A stretch of 48,269 nucleotides of DNA from a virus (IMGVR_UViG_3300005323_000056:1-48269), one strand, 5' to 3'; positions 1-9,263 are shown, counted from the first letter of the stretch. Translations and numbers: made by a program. The notes: generated from the sequence alone by a model not told the origin.

Positions 1-123
1 AAGCCAATAACATTCAAGTTTGATGAAAAAAGAAAGTACGGAGAAAAGATAAAGAAAGGAAAATTCGCATGAACGAAAAAGAATACACATACACAGCTTC
101 AGAACGTGAAACAATCATTCGCT
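1..123. repeat. Terminal direct repeat, left copy (assembly overlap indicating a circular or complete genome)
   Basis: 1-123 is identical to 48147-48269, and ORFs run continuously across the junction. Confidence 0.95.
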
Positions 124-392
124 TTTCAGATGCTGATGACATTGCCAATGTTGAGTCATTCAATGAATCTATGAAACGTAAACTATTGAAACTGGTTGAC
201 GAATATCCTGAATCGGTACAATTTGTTCCCAATTGGGAAAAGCGCAAGAAGTACGGTGGAGTTGCTGTGGTCATGCCAAAGTCATGGATAAAGATCAGAA
301 CGCCAATGAAATTGACGGACGAACAAAGAAAAGTAATGGCCGATTCATTGCGCGACAGACTAAACACTAGCAAAGCCAATTCGTTGGTCTAA
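69..392 (+). CDS. Hypothetical phage protein
   Basis: 107 aa; ATGA overlap with the upstream ORF; ETIIRF...PKSWIKI...TDEQR pattern typical of small Bacillota phage proteins. Confidence 0.75.
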   Translation: MNEKEYTYTASERETIIRFSDADDIANVESFNESMKRKLLKLVDEYPESVQFVPNWEKRKKYGGVAVVMPKSWIKIRTPMKLTDEQRKVMADSLRDRLNTSKANSLV

Positions 393-471
393 AACCACAG
401 CAATGGGTGCAGTAAAACCAACTCGCTAGTGAAAGTTGATAAATTACCCTACCGCAGGAGGAACACGGCAA

Positions 472-654
472 ATGGTAGAAGATTTGCAAGACAAACAAGA
501 GATAGACGAACACAAACTGTTTAAGCAATTGTTGGTATACATGGTGCGAAAAGGTGTTAGTGAAGTTCAGGCAGACTATACCGGATATGGGCACAATACT
601 GCGACAATAAAAGTCAACATTATCAACATAAACGGCAGGGAGGTAACAACATGA
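472..654 (+). CDS. Hypothetical protein
   Basis: AGGAGG RBS upstream of ATG; stop overlaps the next start. Confidence 0.55.
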   Translation: MVEDLQDKQEIDEHKLFKQLLVYMVRKGVSEVQADYTGYGHNTATIKVNIININGREVTT

Positions 655-1046
655 GTAAACTAGACCAAGCCCTACAGGACATCAAGGACGCCATTGACCG
701 CGCCGAGTTCATGGAAGAGCGTTCTGTGCTGGTCAACGCGAAAACATTGCAAGCGGTGCCGAGTGCGCTGACAAGACCGGAACAGCCAGACGACATAAAC
801 GCCGATGGCTGGTGCAGGCATACAAGCATACACACACGGGTTAATTCTACCGTTAGAATATCGAGCATTTGGCGCGAGTACAGCAATCCGTATTTTCAAA
901 CGTGGGCATGGGAAACAATCGTGTGGCGCGGTGACAAAATCGCAGTACAAGTCGATTCTATGAAATCTATCAATGAAGTCATGAGAATACACAAACGACT
1001 ATATGACGAATATTCAAAAGAACAGGAGGAGCCAGATGGACGCTGA
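651..1046 (+). CDS. Hypothetical protein
   Basis: GGAGGT RBS; 131 aa; tightly packed operon. Confidence 0.7.
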   Translation: MSKLDQALQDIKDAIDRAEFMEERSVLVNAKTLQAVPSALTRPEQPDDINADGWCRHTSIHTRVNSTVRISSIWREYSNPYFQTWAWETIVWRGDKIAVQVDSMKSINEVMRIHKRLYDEYSKEQEEPDGR

Positions 1047-1500
1047 ACGACTGATGGAACTTCGCAAAAGCACGTGGGAAGATTTGCAAATAGTGACCAA
1101 GATAGATCCTTGCGAACAATCGGCAAAATATTATCAGGATGTTCTCGCCCTGATCGACGCCGCCCTATCCCGGCAGGCGGTGCAGGACGAAACGGTGCAG
1201 AGGCTAATTAAAAGTTACCAAGAAAGCATTGACCGGATTCCCCGTTATATTGAGGAAATAAAAAAATGGCATGATTCTAATCGGCAAAAGGAATATCAAA
1301 TCAAATGGCAGAACGAAAGACTGAAAGACGACAAGATCATTCTCGCCGCGCTTGAGCAATACCAGCCGAAACAGCCATGCGACTATTGTAAGGCAGACGT
1401 TGATTTTGTCGAATCGTCTTTCTATTACAAAAACGGGTTTCGTCATGTGACTAGGGGCAATTTCTGCCCAAACTGCGGCAGGGCGATAAAGGGGGACTGA
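1036..1500 (+). CDS. Hypothetical protein with C-terminal zinc ribbon
   Basis: AGGAGGAG RBS before ATG 1036; CDYC...NFCPNCGR. Confidence 0.7.
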   Translation: MDAERLMELRKSTWEDLQIVTKIDPCEQSAKYYQDVLALIDAALSRQAVQDETVQRLIKSYQESIDRIPRYIEEIKKWHDSNRQKEYQIKWQNERLKDDKIILAALEQYQPKQPCDYCKADVDFVESSFYYKNGFRHVTRGNFCPNCGRAIKGD

Positions 1501-1502
1501 CC

Positions 1503-1769
1503 ATGATCCATCAACTTAAATGCTGGCCTGAATATTTTCAAGCCGTGAAATATGAACTAAAGAAATTCGAGATCAGGAAAGAGGACGATCGGATTTATAC
1601 GACCGGTGACTTTCTTGATCTGCATGAATGGTCGCCAGAAACAGAGTCGTTCACAAACGAAAAGCCAATACGCCGAGTAGTGACCTACGTTCTGCGAGGA
1701 CAGCCATTCTTGCCGGATGGGTATGTTTGCATGAGCTTGGGATTTGTTTCCATGAAAGAGGGCGAGTGA
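1503..1769 (+). CDS. ASCH/DUF3850-like protein
   Basis: HQLKCWPEYFQAV...KKFEIRK.DDR.Y..GD.L.L.EW...VTYVL...GYVCMS signature. Confidence 0.85.
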   Translation: MIHQLKCWPEYFQAVKYELKKFEIRKEDDRIYTTGDFLDLHEWSPETESFTNEKPIRRVVTYVLRGQPFLPDGYVCMSLGFVSMKEGE

Positions 1770-1770
1770 C

Positions 1771-1962
1771 ATGAGCGCAAATGATTATTGTTGTTGGGTA
1801 AATGCACAACGGAACACGCTATGCCGATTATGGAGGGTTGAACCAGTGTTCACATCTTTGTACTGTGAGTGGGGAAAACAATGGATACCGTGTTTTGTCC
1901 ATCCCAAAGATGCCAACAGGACAACCATTAAGTCGCTTAGATTTGCACACAGGGAGTTATAG
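1771..1962 (+). CDS. Hypothetical Cys-rich protein
   Basis: 63 aa, starts immediately after the previous stop. Confidence 0.45.
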   Translation: MSANDYCCWVNAQRNTLCRLWRVEPVFTSLYCEWGKQWIPCFVHPKDANRTTIKSLRFAHREL

Positions 1963-1979
1963 AAAGAGGGCGAGTAAAG

Positions 1980-2192
1980 ATGGCAAGAGGTAAGGCAAAA
2001 ACAGACATCCCATCAGATAGGAAATGTTGCTTGAATTGCCGATTCGCAACAATAAGCATAACTGAGACTCACATTAAAAATTGCGAAAAGAAAAAGAGTA
2101 GGTTTTTCATGGCCAGAACTTACAAGTGCAAAGACTTTTATAACAAAGAATGGCCAGTACAGAAAGAGGAGCGAGTAAATGCTGACGATTGA
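1980..2192 (+). CDS. Hypothetical Cys-rich protein
   Basis: CCLNCRF...C...CKDF; overlaps the next gene. Confidence 0.6.
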   Translation: MARGKAKTDIPSDRKCCLNCRFATISITETHIKNCEKKKSRFFMARTYKCKDFYNKEWPVQKEERVNADD

Positions 2193-2433
2193 AGCAATCA
2201 AACAAATCGGGCTGTCTGTGGGATTCTACCCGGACAGCAAATGCACATTAATTAAGGTTGACACATTGAGCGAACTGAAAGAATATGCCATAACCCTAAC
2301 CGCCGAAAACGAGCAGCTCAAAGATAAATTGGCAAAGATTGTTGATCTGTGCAGGCATCCATCGGGAGTTGTCCGTTATGGAGAATTTGTAATGGTTGAA
2401 AATGTACGCAGAATCACAGAGGGGCGGGAGTGA
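2179..2433 (+). CDS. Hypothetical protein
   Basis: GAGGAG RBS; coiled-coil segment. Confidence 0.6.
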   Translation: MLTIEAIKQIGLSVGFYPDSKCTLIKVDTLSELKEYAITLTAENEQLKDKLAKIVDLCRHPSGVVRYGEFVMVENVRRITEGRE

Positions 2434-2434
2434 A

Positions 2435-3067
2435 ATGCTGACGAAGGAACACTGTGAATCGGTTTACCAAAACATTGAGGACGGTGGATATTTAGATGAT
2501 TGGGTGCTGAACTGTGCCAGAGCGGTTCGAGATCAAGCCATATCCGCCATAACCCTAACCGCCGACCTCGAGCTGCTTAAATCTGAGCACAAAGAACTTG
2601 CCATTGCTTATGGAAAGTTGTATGCCGACCTTGCCGAACTCAAGGCGTTTCATGACCGATACGCACAACTCGAGTCAGAGCAATACGCGAAGCTGGACGC
2701 CGAGATCGAACGGCTCAAGCAGGACATAGCCTATCGCGACATCCAGCGCATCGCGGACAATCAAGGCGAAATGTTCCGCATACAGCGCATATCGGACTTG
2801 CAAGCCGAGAACAACGAACTCAGGGCAGAACGGCGGTGGATACCGGTGAGCGAGAGACTGCCGGAATTTAACAAACCAGTTGCCTTGACGAATGAAAACC
2901 AATGGGTCAATGTCGATTTTGATTACCACGTGACGCAAGTGGGCTTTCTAGACAGCATTGGAGATCATAAGTTTTGGGATGTTTACGGCGAAAGAGCACA
3001 GAGCATTGATGCTTACACCCACTGGGGATTGTTGCCCGCAGCGCCAGAAAGAGAGGAATCAAAATGA
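2435..3067 (+). CDS. Coiled-coil protein with C-terminal DUF551-like domain
   Basis: RWIPVSERLPE...THW.LLP..P signature. Confidence 0.75.
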   Translation: MLTKEHCESVYQNIEDGGYLDDWVLNCARAVRDQAISAITLTADLELLKSEHKELAIAYGKLYADLAELKAFHDRYAQLESEQYAKLDAEIERLKQDIAYRDIQRIADNQGEMFRIQRISDLQAENNELRAERRWIPVSERLPEFNKPVALTNENQWVNVDFDYHVTQVGFLDSIGDHKFWDVYGERAQSIDAYTHWGLLPAAPEREESK

Positions 3068-3246
3068 AGTACGTCATTTCACTAGCTGGCAACGTATTTG
3101 CCGCAGGTTTTATTATCGCCCTTAGCATAGTCGCGTTTAGACAGGGCGAATCTCTTCATGGAGTTCTTGACCTTGCAATGGCATTTGGCAACCTGCTATT
3201 TGCCGGCCTGTGGTTCTGGATGATCAAGAAAGGCGGTGCGGTATGA
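3064..3246 (+). CDS. Small membrane protein (2 TM)
   Basis: Two hydrophobic stretches; ATGA overlaps at both ends. Confidence 0.6.
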   Translation: MKYVISLAGNVFAAGFIIALSIVAFRQGESLHGVLDLAMAFGNLLFAGLWFWMIKKGGAV

Positions 3247-3533
3247 GCAACTCAGTACACATCTGTTCCAGTGCCAGCCCTGTCTGCTACAACCCATTCG
3301 ACAGCTACGGCATGATCTGTGTCGGGTGCAACTGTTGCGGAAAGATCGACAAGGCGATTATGTACCAGTGCCGAATCGCCACAGACAAGCGCCAGTTGAT
3401 TGAAACCGCCAATCAGCTGACAGACAAGGACTATCAGAGCGAATTGCAACAGCGCAATATTCTGCTGGACATTGAGTATTCAATCAAGCGAATCCGACAG
3501 GCACAAGCAGATTTGAAAGGCGGTGCGGTATGA
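3243..3533 (+). CDS. Hypothetical Cys-rich protein
   Basis: CYNP...GMICVGCNCCG; flanked by identical 19-bp junction repeats. Confidence 0.65.
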   Translation: MSNSVHICSSASPVCYNPFDSYGMICVGCNCCGKIDKAIMYQCRIATDKRQLIETANQLTDKDYQSELQQRNILLDIEYSIKRIRQAQADLKGGAV

Positions 3534-4141
3534 AGGGGATAATATTCAGTGCAAGCATGGTTCAGGCGATTCTGGACGGCAGGAAGAGCATGACAAGAAG
3601 AGTGATTAAGGGCATTTTCCCAGAAGAAAAGCACGACCTTGATTATCCGCCACACAAACACGATGAAGGCGATTTTGCCTATCATTTTCAAACCGATGCC
3701 GATGATTACGTTGAACACCGGCTCAAGCCGCGCTACCAGACCGGCGATATCCTGTGGGTTCGGGAAACGTGGGCAGATGAAAGCGGGTATTTTTTATATC
3801 GCGCAGACGATACATCAGAAGTCATCACAGATTATAACGCTATCAAATGGCGTCCGTCCATCTTCATGCCGCGCGAAGCCGCCCGAATCTTCCTGAAAGT
3901 GACAGAGGTAAGGGTTGAGCGGGTGCAGGACATAACAAACGACGATGCCAGAGAAGAAGGCGCATTGACCACCGGACTCGTGAACACCATCATACGTAAC
4001 ACTGACGGCGGCATACCGCGGACACAGTTTCACATTCTCTGGGATAGCATCAACGCCAAGCGCGGCTACGGATGGGACACAAATCCCTGGGTCTGGGTGT
4101 ATTCGTTTGACCGCATCGACAAAGAAAGCGAGGGGAAGTAA
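3530..4141 (+). CDS. ASCH-related phage protein
   Basis: IIFSASMVQAILDGRKSMTRRV...GDILWVRETW...WRPSIFMPREAARIFLKVT.VRVER.QDIT..DA..EG...NPWVWV. Confidence 0.85.
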   Translation: MKGIIFSASMVQAILDGRKSMTRRVIKGIFPEEKHDLDYPPHKHDEGDFAYHFQTDADDYVEHRLKPRYQTGDILWVRETWADESGYFLYRADDTSEVITDYNAIKWRPSIFMPREAARIFLKVTEVRVERVQDITNDDAREEGALTTGLVNTIIRNTDGGIPRTQFHILWDSINAKRGYGWDTNPWVWVYSFDRIDKESEGK

Positions 4142-5001
4142 TGCTGATTGAACAGCGCATCATTGACGGCAAGATTGTCGAATACAGCAAGGTCGATGTG
4201 GCCATACAGCGATTGAAGTCGTTTGATCCGGCTGATGGGTACTATCTGGCATTCAGCGGTGGCAAGGACAGTGTTGTTATCAAGGCGCTGGCAGACATGG
4301 CCGGGGTCAAGTATGAAGCGCATTATTCACTGACCACGGTAGATCCGCCCGAATTGGTGCGATTTATTAAGACGTTCCCAGATGTGACGATTGACAGACC
4401 GTTAAAAACCATGTGGCAGTTGATTGTTGAGAATGGCCCACCAACAAGATTAAACAGATTTTGTTGTAAATATTTGAAAGAATCGCATGGGATTGGCTGG
4501 CCAACAATCACCGGTGTTCGATGGGCTGAATCAATAAACCGCAAAGCAAACAGGCACTTGGTAGATATCGGGAGCAAGGGCGACACCGTATTAAACGATG
4601 ACAATGACGAATCAAGGAGAATTGTTGAGAATTGTTATCGGACAAAAAAGACTTTGGTAAATCCAATTATCGACTGGTCAGATGACGATGTTTGGGAATT
4701 TATCCATCAAAACAAAATCCGCTATTGTTGCCTGTATGATGAAGGGTTTACGCGATTGGGCTGCATTGGTTGCCCAATGAACACAAGAGTGGCTGAACAA
4801 TTTGAGCGGTGGCCGACATACAAAACAGCGTACACTCGCGCCCTAGACCGGTTTATTGCCAGAAGAAAAGCCAAGGGGAACGACGGAAATATAAAGTGGA
4901 AAACCGGACAAGAATGTTTTGTCTGGTGCATCCAAAGGGGTTCGGACAAACCGGACACAATGGACGGACAGATAGAAATAGAAGAAAGCGAGGACACATA
5001 A
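4141..5001 (+). CDS. Phosphoadenosine phosphosulfate (PAPS) reductase family protein
   Basis: SGGKDS PP-loop, RFCCKYLKE, TGVRWAES..R, NPIIDWS..DVW, RLGCIGCPM. Confidence 0.9.
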   Translation: MLIEQRIIDGKIVEYSKVDVAIQRLKSFDPADGYYLAFSGGKDSVVIKALADMAGVKYEAHYSLTTVDPPELVRFIKTFPDVTIDRPLKTMWQLIVENGPPTRLNRFCCKYLKESHGIGWPTITGVRWAESINRKANRHLVDIGSKGDTVLNDDNDESRRIVENCYRTKKTLVNPIIDWSDDDVWEFIHQNKIRYCCLYDEGFTRLGCIGCPMNTRVAEQFERWPTYKTAYTRALDRFIARRKAKGNDGNIKWKTGQECFVWCIQRGSDKPDTMDGQIEIEESEDT

Positions 5002-5094
5002 ATGCTATTACTTATCGGCGCGCTTGTAATCGGCGCAATCGGCGCAATCGTGGCTGATGCGATTGTGCAATATGCGGGGGAGGAACAGGGATGA
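5002..5094 (+). CDS. 30-aa membrane peptide (not in ORF track)
   Basis: MLLLIGALVIGAIGAIVADAIVQYAGEEQG; GAGG RBS; fills the gap and overlaps the next ATG. Confidence 0.5.
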   Translation: MLLLIGALVIGAIGAIVADAIVQYAGEEQG

Positions 5095-5387
5095 GCAAAT
5101 GCAAACACTATGATTCATGCGGATTGGATTATTGCTCTCCAGAGATAGTGCGAGAGGGTATTGAATGTCCGCATTACGAGCCAAAAGAACGAAAGATCAA
5201 AATGATACAGCCTCAATTTGTGCAGACCAATGGCGACAGGATCAGGGCAATGAGCAATGAGGAATTGGACAAAGAGATAAGGCGCTTACGCGATTGGCTG
5301 ATCAATCAGTTTTATACACAACCAGACAAAACAGCAAGCGAAATATTATTGGCATGGCTGAACAAGCCGGTGGAGGGAGGAACATGA
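5091..5387 (+). CDS. Hypothetical phage protein
   Basis: TNGDRIRAMSNEEL...WLN.PV motif common in Bacillota phages. Confidence 0.7.
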   Translation: MSKCKHYDSCGLDYCSPEIVREGIECPHYEPKERKIKMIQPQFVQTNGDRIRAMSNEELDKEIRRLRDWLINQFYTQPDKTASEILLAWLNKPVEGGT

Positions 5388-5605
5388 GCGATCAAACATT
5401 ACTGCCCTGCCCGCATTGTTCCGGAGAAGTAAAAATGATCACCGCGCCGAAAATTGGTGTGCCGTCTGGTGATGATGGATATGAGTCAACAATTACTTGT
5501 TGGGAATGCCATTGCACAATGAGGTTTTGGGCGCTAAAAAAGGCATGGGTTACCGAAACAATTATAGCCGCATGGAACCGGCGCGAGAAGGGAGAGGAAA
5601 CATGA
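5384..5605 (+). CDS. Lar (restriction alleviation)-like zinc-ribbon protein
   Basis: LLPCPHCSGE...ITCWECH...IAAWNRR. Confidence 0.75.
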   Translation: MSDQTLLPCPHCSGEVKMITAPKIGVPSGDDGYESTITCWECHCTMRFWALKKAWVTETIIAAWNRREKGEET

Positions 5606-5778
5606 AAAAAATAGATAAATACGGCCCTATCATTTTTGTTGAGACAGCACTAATCGAACTTTGTTTGATTGCATTATTTGCGTGTTTAGGTTTGCTGTAC
5701 GCCACAATAATAACCATCATTGTTTCGGTATTAATTCAGGGTACAGTTTGCCTAATGAAACTCATGGAGGATATGTAA
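5602..5778 (+). CDS. Small membrane protein
   Basis: GAGAGG RBS; two hydrophobic segments. Confidence 0.6.
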   Translation: MKKIDKYGPIIFVETALIELCLIALFACLGLLYATIITIIVSVLIQGTVCLMKLMEDM

Positions 5779-5780
5779 TC

Positions 5781-6218
5781 ATGAATCGACCGATTGAGTT
5801 TAGGGCGTGGTACGAAAAAGAAAAAGTGTATGTTTATTTCTGCGGGATATTCAACGAGCGTCCGGTGGTATCGGAACAAAGCGAGATCCAGGGGACAACC
5901 CTTGTCACAACAAAATCATATGGCGCGTATGTTCTTGAACAATTCACCGGCCTACTCGATAAGAATTTCAAGAAGATATTCGAGGGCGATATTGTACGCA
6001 TAACCGATCTGTGCGCGCTTGAATCATTTGGTGACGGATTGTTGATGAAGGCATACACGCGAAACTGGATTATCGTGTGGCACGATTGCGGATTTAAGGC
6101 CAAATATCACGGCGACAAGTGCGGATATGACCATGAGATTATATGCGATATTCCGCTTACTGGGTGTGAGTTTGATGTCATCGGAACGATTCACGATGAG
6201 AAGGGAGCAAGCGAATGA
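5781..6218 (+). CDS. YopX family protein
   Basis: RPIEFRAW...EQFTGLLDKN.K.IFEGDIV...VIGTIHD. Confidence 0.9.
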   Translation: MNRPIEFRAWYEKEKVYVYFCGIFNERPVVSEQSEIQGTTLVTTKSYGAYVLEQFTGLLDKNFKKIFEGDIVRITDLCALESFGDGLLMKAYTRNWIIVWHDCGFKAKYHGDKCGYDHEIICDIPLTGCEFDVIGTIHDEKGASE

Positions 6219-6397
6219 GCGAGTGCAATCACGAATACTCTCACATATCAACACATTATAGACGGTCAAGTCATGGCGGTGGCGTGAAATACAGCCGATT
6301 AGATATTTATACTTGCCTTAAATGCCTTGACCAAAAGGAAATTCTAAGAGAAGAACCGTGTTACTGCAACGAAGCAGAACCAATCTGGTGGAAGTAA
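6215..6397 (+). CDS. Hypothetical protein
   Basis: CNHEY...YTCLKC; coupled start. Confidence 0.6.
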   Translation: MSECNHEYSHISTHYRRSSHGGGVKYSRLDIYTCLKCLDQKEILREEPCYCNEAEPIWWK

Positions 6398-6408
6398 GGT
6401 GATTCACG

Positions 6409-6672
6409 ATGACTGACGGCGAACTTGACCAGTTGCGCATGGAAAATGCGGCGTTACGGAATCAAATCGAATTACTCAAGCGCAGGGAAGCTACCCGCCA
6501 TCCGCCCACGATCAAGCTGCTTCCATGTAAGTGCGGATCAAAACGACCAGCGCGGTGGCATCACCTGCATAGGGTTTACAGCTTTCAGTGTTCCCGGTGC
6601 GGACACGAATCAGAACCAGATAAATACGACCGAGCCGCCCGGATTGAATGGAACAGGAGTGTGAGCGAATGA
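6409..6672 (+). CDS. Lar-like zinc-ribbon protein
   Basis: LLPCKCGS...QCSRCG...ARIEWNR. Confidence 0.6.
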   Translation: MTDGELDQLRMENAALRNQIELLKRREATRHPPTIKLLPCKCGSKRPARWHHLHRVYSFQCSRCGHESEPDKYDRAARIEWNRSVSE

Positions 6673-6857
6673 TAGTTGATGTCAGCTACAAAGACGGAAC
6701 AGCACATAAGTTTATCAGCATTTCTAGTTGTGGAGTATTGGACGGTCACCAAGATCAACTGTATATGCTGGCAATCGGGCGCGGCACATTTAGTGAGAAA
6801 TTCATCCCGCTTGCAAACATTAATAGCTACATGGTTAGAAAGGCGGGGAGCGAATGA
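6669..6857 (+). CDS. Hypothetical protein
   Basis: ATGA-coupled at both ends. Confidence 0.55.
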   Translation: MIVDVSYKDGTAHKFISISSCGVLDGHQDQLYMLAIGRGTFSEKFIPLANINSYMVRKAGSE

Positions 6858-7486
6858 CAAGAAATCACCTGGCAATGCCGTTGTACAAAAAGGCGATATT
6901 GGAAAATGCTGAAGCCAAGTCTGAAAGCAATCCACCATTGGGCTTTGTCGTTTGCGATGTGAACGGAGAGTACATTACACAGGCGCTTGACGAATCGGTG
7001 TGTGATGACATGATTGAAATTTGCAATAAGCATTATTACGCCAGCATACGCAACAATCATGACTTGCAGTATTTCAAGCAGGTGTGTTTTCTCAGGGTCA
7101 TGGGTGAGCCAATGGAAAAGCCTGATTCACAATGCGTAGGCGAGGACAAGAAAGGCAATCTCACAGTGTGCGATTCACCGGCATACGTCAAGTATGTCAA
7201 GGGTTTCAAGGACAAACTGGTCAATGCCCATGCCGTTGTTAATACGGACTTGCCAATAGAAGGAAAGTGCCAGCTAACCGCCGTGTTTTACTGCGGTGGC
7301 AAGGAAGGCAAGAGCATAGCGTCGTATATGGAATCGCTATTGGATTGCCTTGTCTATGCTGGTATAATCAGAAACAAAGGGCATAGGGTCATAAACAACA
7401 TAGACGGTAGCAGAATGTACTACGATTCAAAGCAGCCAAGAATAGAGATATTTATTAGGGAACGAAAAGTTGTTGGTGAAGCATGA
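6854..7486 (+). CDS. RusA-like protein, apparently catalytically degenerate, with N-terminal extension
   Basis: LPIEG...LTAVFY...LLDCLV.AGII...DGSRMYYD...PRIEIFI matches the RusA scaffold, but the acidic motifs are altered. Confidence 0.7.
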   Translation: MTRNHLAMPLYKKAILENAEAKSESNPPLGFVVCDVNGEYITQALDESVCDDMIEICNKHYYASIRNNHDLQYFKQVCFLRVMGEPMEKPDSQCVGEDKKGNLTVCDSPAYVKYVKGFKDKLVNAHAVVNTDLPIEGKCQLTAVFYCGGKEGKSIASYMESLLDCLVYAGIIRNKGHRVINNIDGSRMYYDSKQPRIEIFIRERKVVGEA

Positions 7487-8121
7487 GAACTGATTTGACG
7501 GGAAAGAAATACGGAAAATTATATGTTGCTTCTTGTTACAGGCACGTAAAACGAGGGTATTACTGGGAATGCAAATGCGATTGTGGAGCAACATGTTATG
7601 TTTTATCGTACCGATTAATAAGTGGGCATACCAAAAGTTGTGGGTGTTGGAAGAATAAATGTTGTGGATATTCAAGAACAGAGAAACTTTATAACATTTG
7701 GTCTGCCATGAAAAGTAGGTGTTATAATAATACATACAAGTATTATGCGTATTATGGTGGGCGCGGTATAAGTATATGTGATGAATGGAAATTAAATTAT
7801 ATGGAATTTAGAAAATGGGCGATAGAAAACGGATATTCAAACGGACTAACAATAGATAGAATTGATAACAATGGTAATTATTCCCCATCAAATTGCAGGT
7901 GGGCAACTAGATCGGAACAGTCAGAGAACCGAAGGAATAATATTTTTATTAATTTTGATGGTCAAACTTATACATTAACTAAGTGGTCAAGAATATTTGG
8001 TATACCAGATAATACTATGTGGTACAAATATCACAAGGGCGAAGAGATGGCAATAATAGCAAAGAAAGCCGGATATAATATAAGGGAACAGGAAACCAGC
8101 CAATGGGAGAAGCCACAATGA
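7483..8121 (+). CDS. HNH homing endonuclease-like protein
   Basis: DLTGKKYGKL.V, WECKCDCG, GHTKSCGC, LYNIWSAMKSRC, YGGRGISICDEW, LTIDRIDNNGNYSPSNCRWAT; AT-rich relative to neighbours. Confidence 0.9.
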   Translation: MRTDLTGKKYGKLYVASCYRHVKRGYYWECKCDCGATCYVLSYRLISGHTKSCGCWKNKCCGYSRTEKLYNIWSAMKSRCYNNTYKYYAYYGGRGISICDEWKLNYMEFRKWAIENGYSNGLTIDRIDNNGNYSPSNCRWATRSEQSENRRNNIFINFDGQTYTLTKWSRIFGIPDNTMWYKYHKGEEMAIIAKKAGYNIREQETSQWEKPQ

Positions 8122-8333
8122 CAGCAAGAGTGTTGGACGCCATGATGACCGTTGTAAAGTGGGCTGAACGCGACAAGATATGCGACGAGTTCAGGGGCAT
8201 ACGCTGTATTGAATGTCCATACTATGTTATCAAAGGCGTATGCGACAAGAAATCAACAAAATGGGTCTTGCATTACGCCGCCAGAGTTTTCCAGAAATAC
8301 TTTGAAGAAGTTTCCTGCAAAAGAATACGATAA
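8103..8333 (+). CDS. Hypothetical Cys-rich protein (last gene of the plus arm)
   Basis: C..CPY...C motif; ends at the terminator. Confidence 0.55.
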   Translation: MGEATMTARVLDAMMTVVKWAERDKICDEFRGIRCIECPYYVIKGVCDKKSTKWVLHYAARVFQKYFEEVSCKRIR

Positions 8334-8367
8334 AAAGAGAGCCGGAGGATAATCCGGCTTTCTCTTT
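8333..8367. terminator. Bidirectional intrinsic terminator between the convergent arms
   Basis: aaaagagagccgga-ggataa-tccggctttctcttt hairpin with A and T flanks. Confidence 0.85.
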
Positions 8368-9262
8368 ACTTGGAAACCATGTCTGCAAGATTGTTTGCAA
8401 TGGCTTGTAGCTCTCCGCTCCAGCCCCATATCTTGTTTTTCAATGCTTCATAAACGCTTTGAATTTCAAGAACCTGCAACTCAAGACCTTTGACAATAGC
8501 TTGAGAGCTTTCGTACAATGCCTTGTAATCAACAGGAGGAATTGTTGGAACATTCAATATGCCATTGATGACTTCCCATGACTTTGATCCGCAAATTCCA
8601 TCAACAGTAAGCGCATTGGCAGTCTGCATGGCTTTGACCGCCGTTTCTGTGTCCTTGCCGTAATAACCGTCAACAGGGGAAACGTTCAATGCCCTTTGCA
8701 CTCTTTTGACATCGGAGCCAATCATGTACAAAGGCTTGTCTTCAGGCCAGCCAGTTATCCTGATAACCTTCAATGTGCGGTATCCGCTTGCCGTATCCAA
8801 CAAGTCATCTTCATCAAGGAACTTCTGCCGGTTATCTTCGGATATGCAAAGACATTCCACAGGAACAACGTGCCATGGTTCCTTGCCGGTCGTTCCGCTC
8901 CACATAGGTATGCAGATGCCCCATTTGTACATCTGTTGTTTTTCCGGTGGCAACAGATAGTCCGCTTCCATTGTCGCAGGGTAATGCCCATTGGCAAGTT
9001 TCTTGATGTCTTTTGCAAGACCGCAGTTATGCCAGCTTTGCCCAGGATACGCTGCAAGGTTATGATGTGCAGGGTCATTCTGATAATCGAGCCATGCTTG
9101 CGCTTGCGCTTCAATTGTACGGTATCCCTGACCGTCTACAACCACGTTGAACGCTGTTGCATAGGAATCTAGTCTACGATTGAACTCAACGGCTGTGCCG
9201 GTCTTTGTAAGCACACTGGAGCCATTGCCTGTGTTTGGCAAAAGTATCTTTGCAAGTCGCAT
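8366..9262 (-). CDS. Endolysin: M15 peptidase plus peptidoglycan-binding domain
   Basis: GYRT...Q, AAYPGQSWHNCGLAKD (SxHxxGxAxD), EPWH; GSDVKRVQRAL..VDGYYGKDTETAVKAMQ....L.VDGICG. Confidence 0.9.
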   Translation of the reverse strand: MRLAKILLPNTGNGSSVLTKTGTAVEFNRRLDSYATAFNVVVDGQGYRTIEAQAQAWLDYQNDPAHHNLAAYPGQSWHNCGLAKDIKKLANGHYPATMEADYLLPPEKQQMYKWGICIPMWSGTTGKEPWHVVPVECLCISEDNRQKFLDEDDLLDTASGYRTLKVIRITGWPEDKPLYMIGSDVKRVQRALNVSPVDGYYGKDTETAVKAMQTANALTVDGICGSKSWEVINGILNVPTIPPVDYKALYESSQAIVKGLELQVLEIQSVYEALKNKIWGWSGELQAIANNLADMVSK

Positions 9263-9263
9263 A

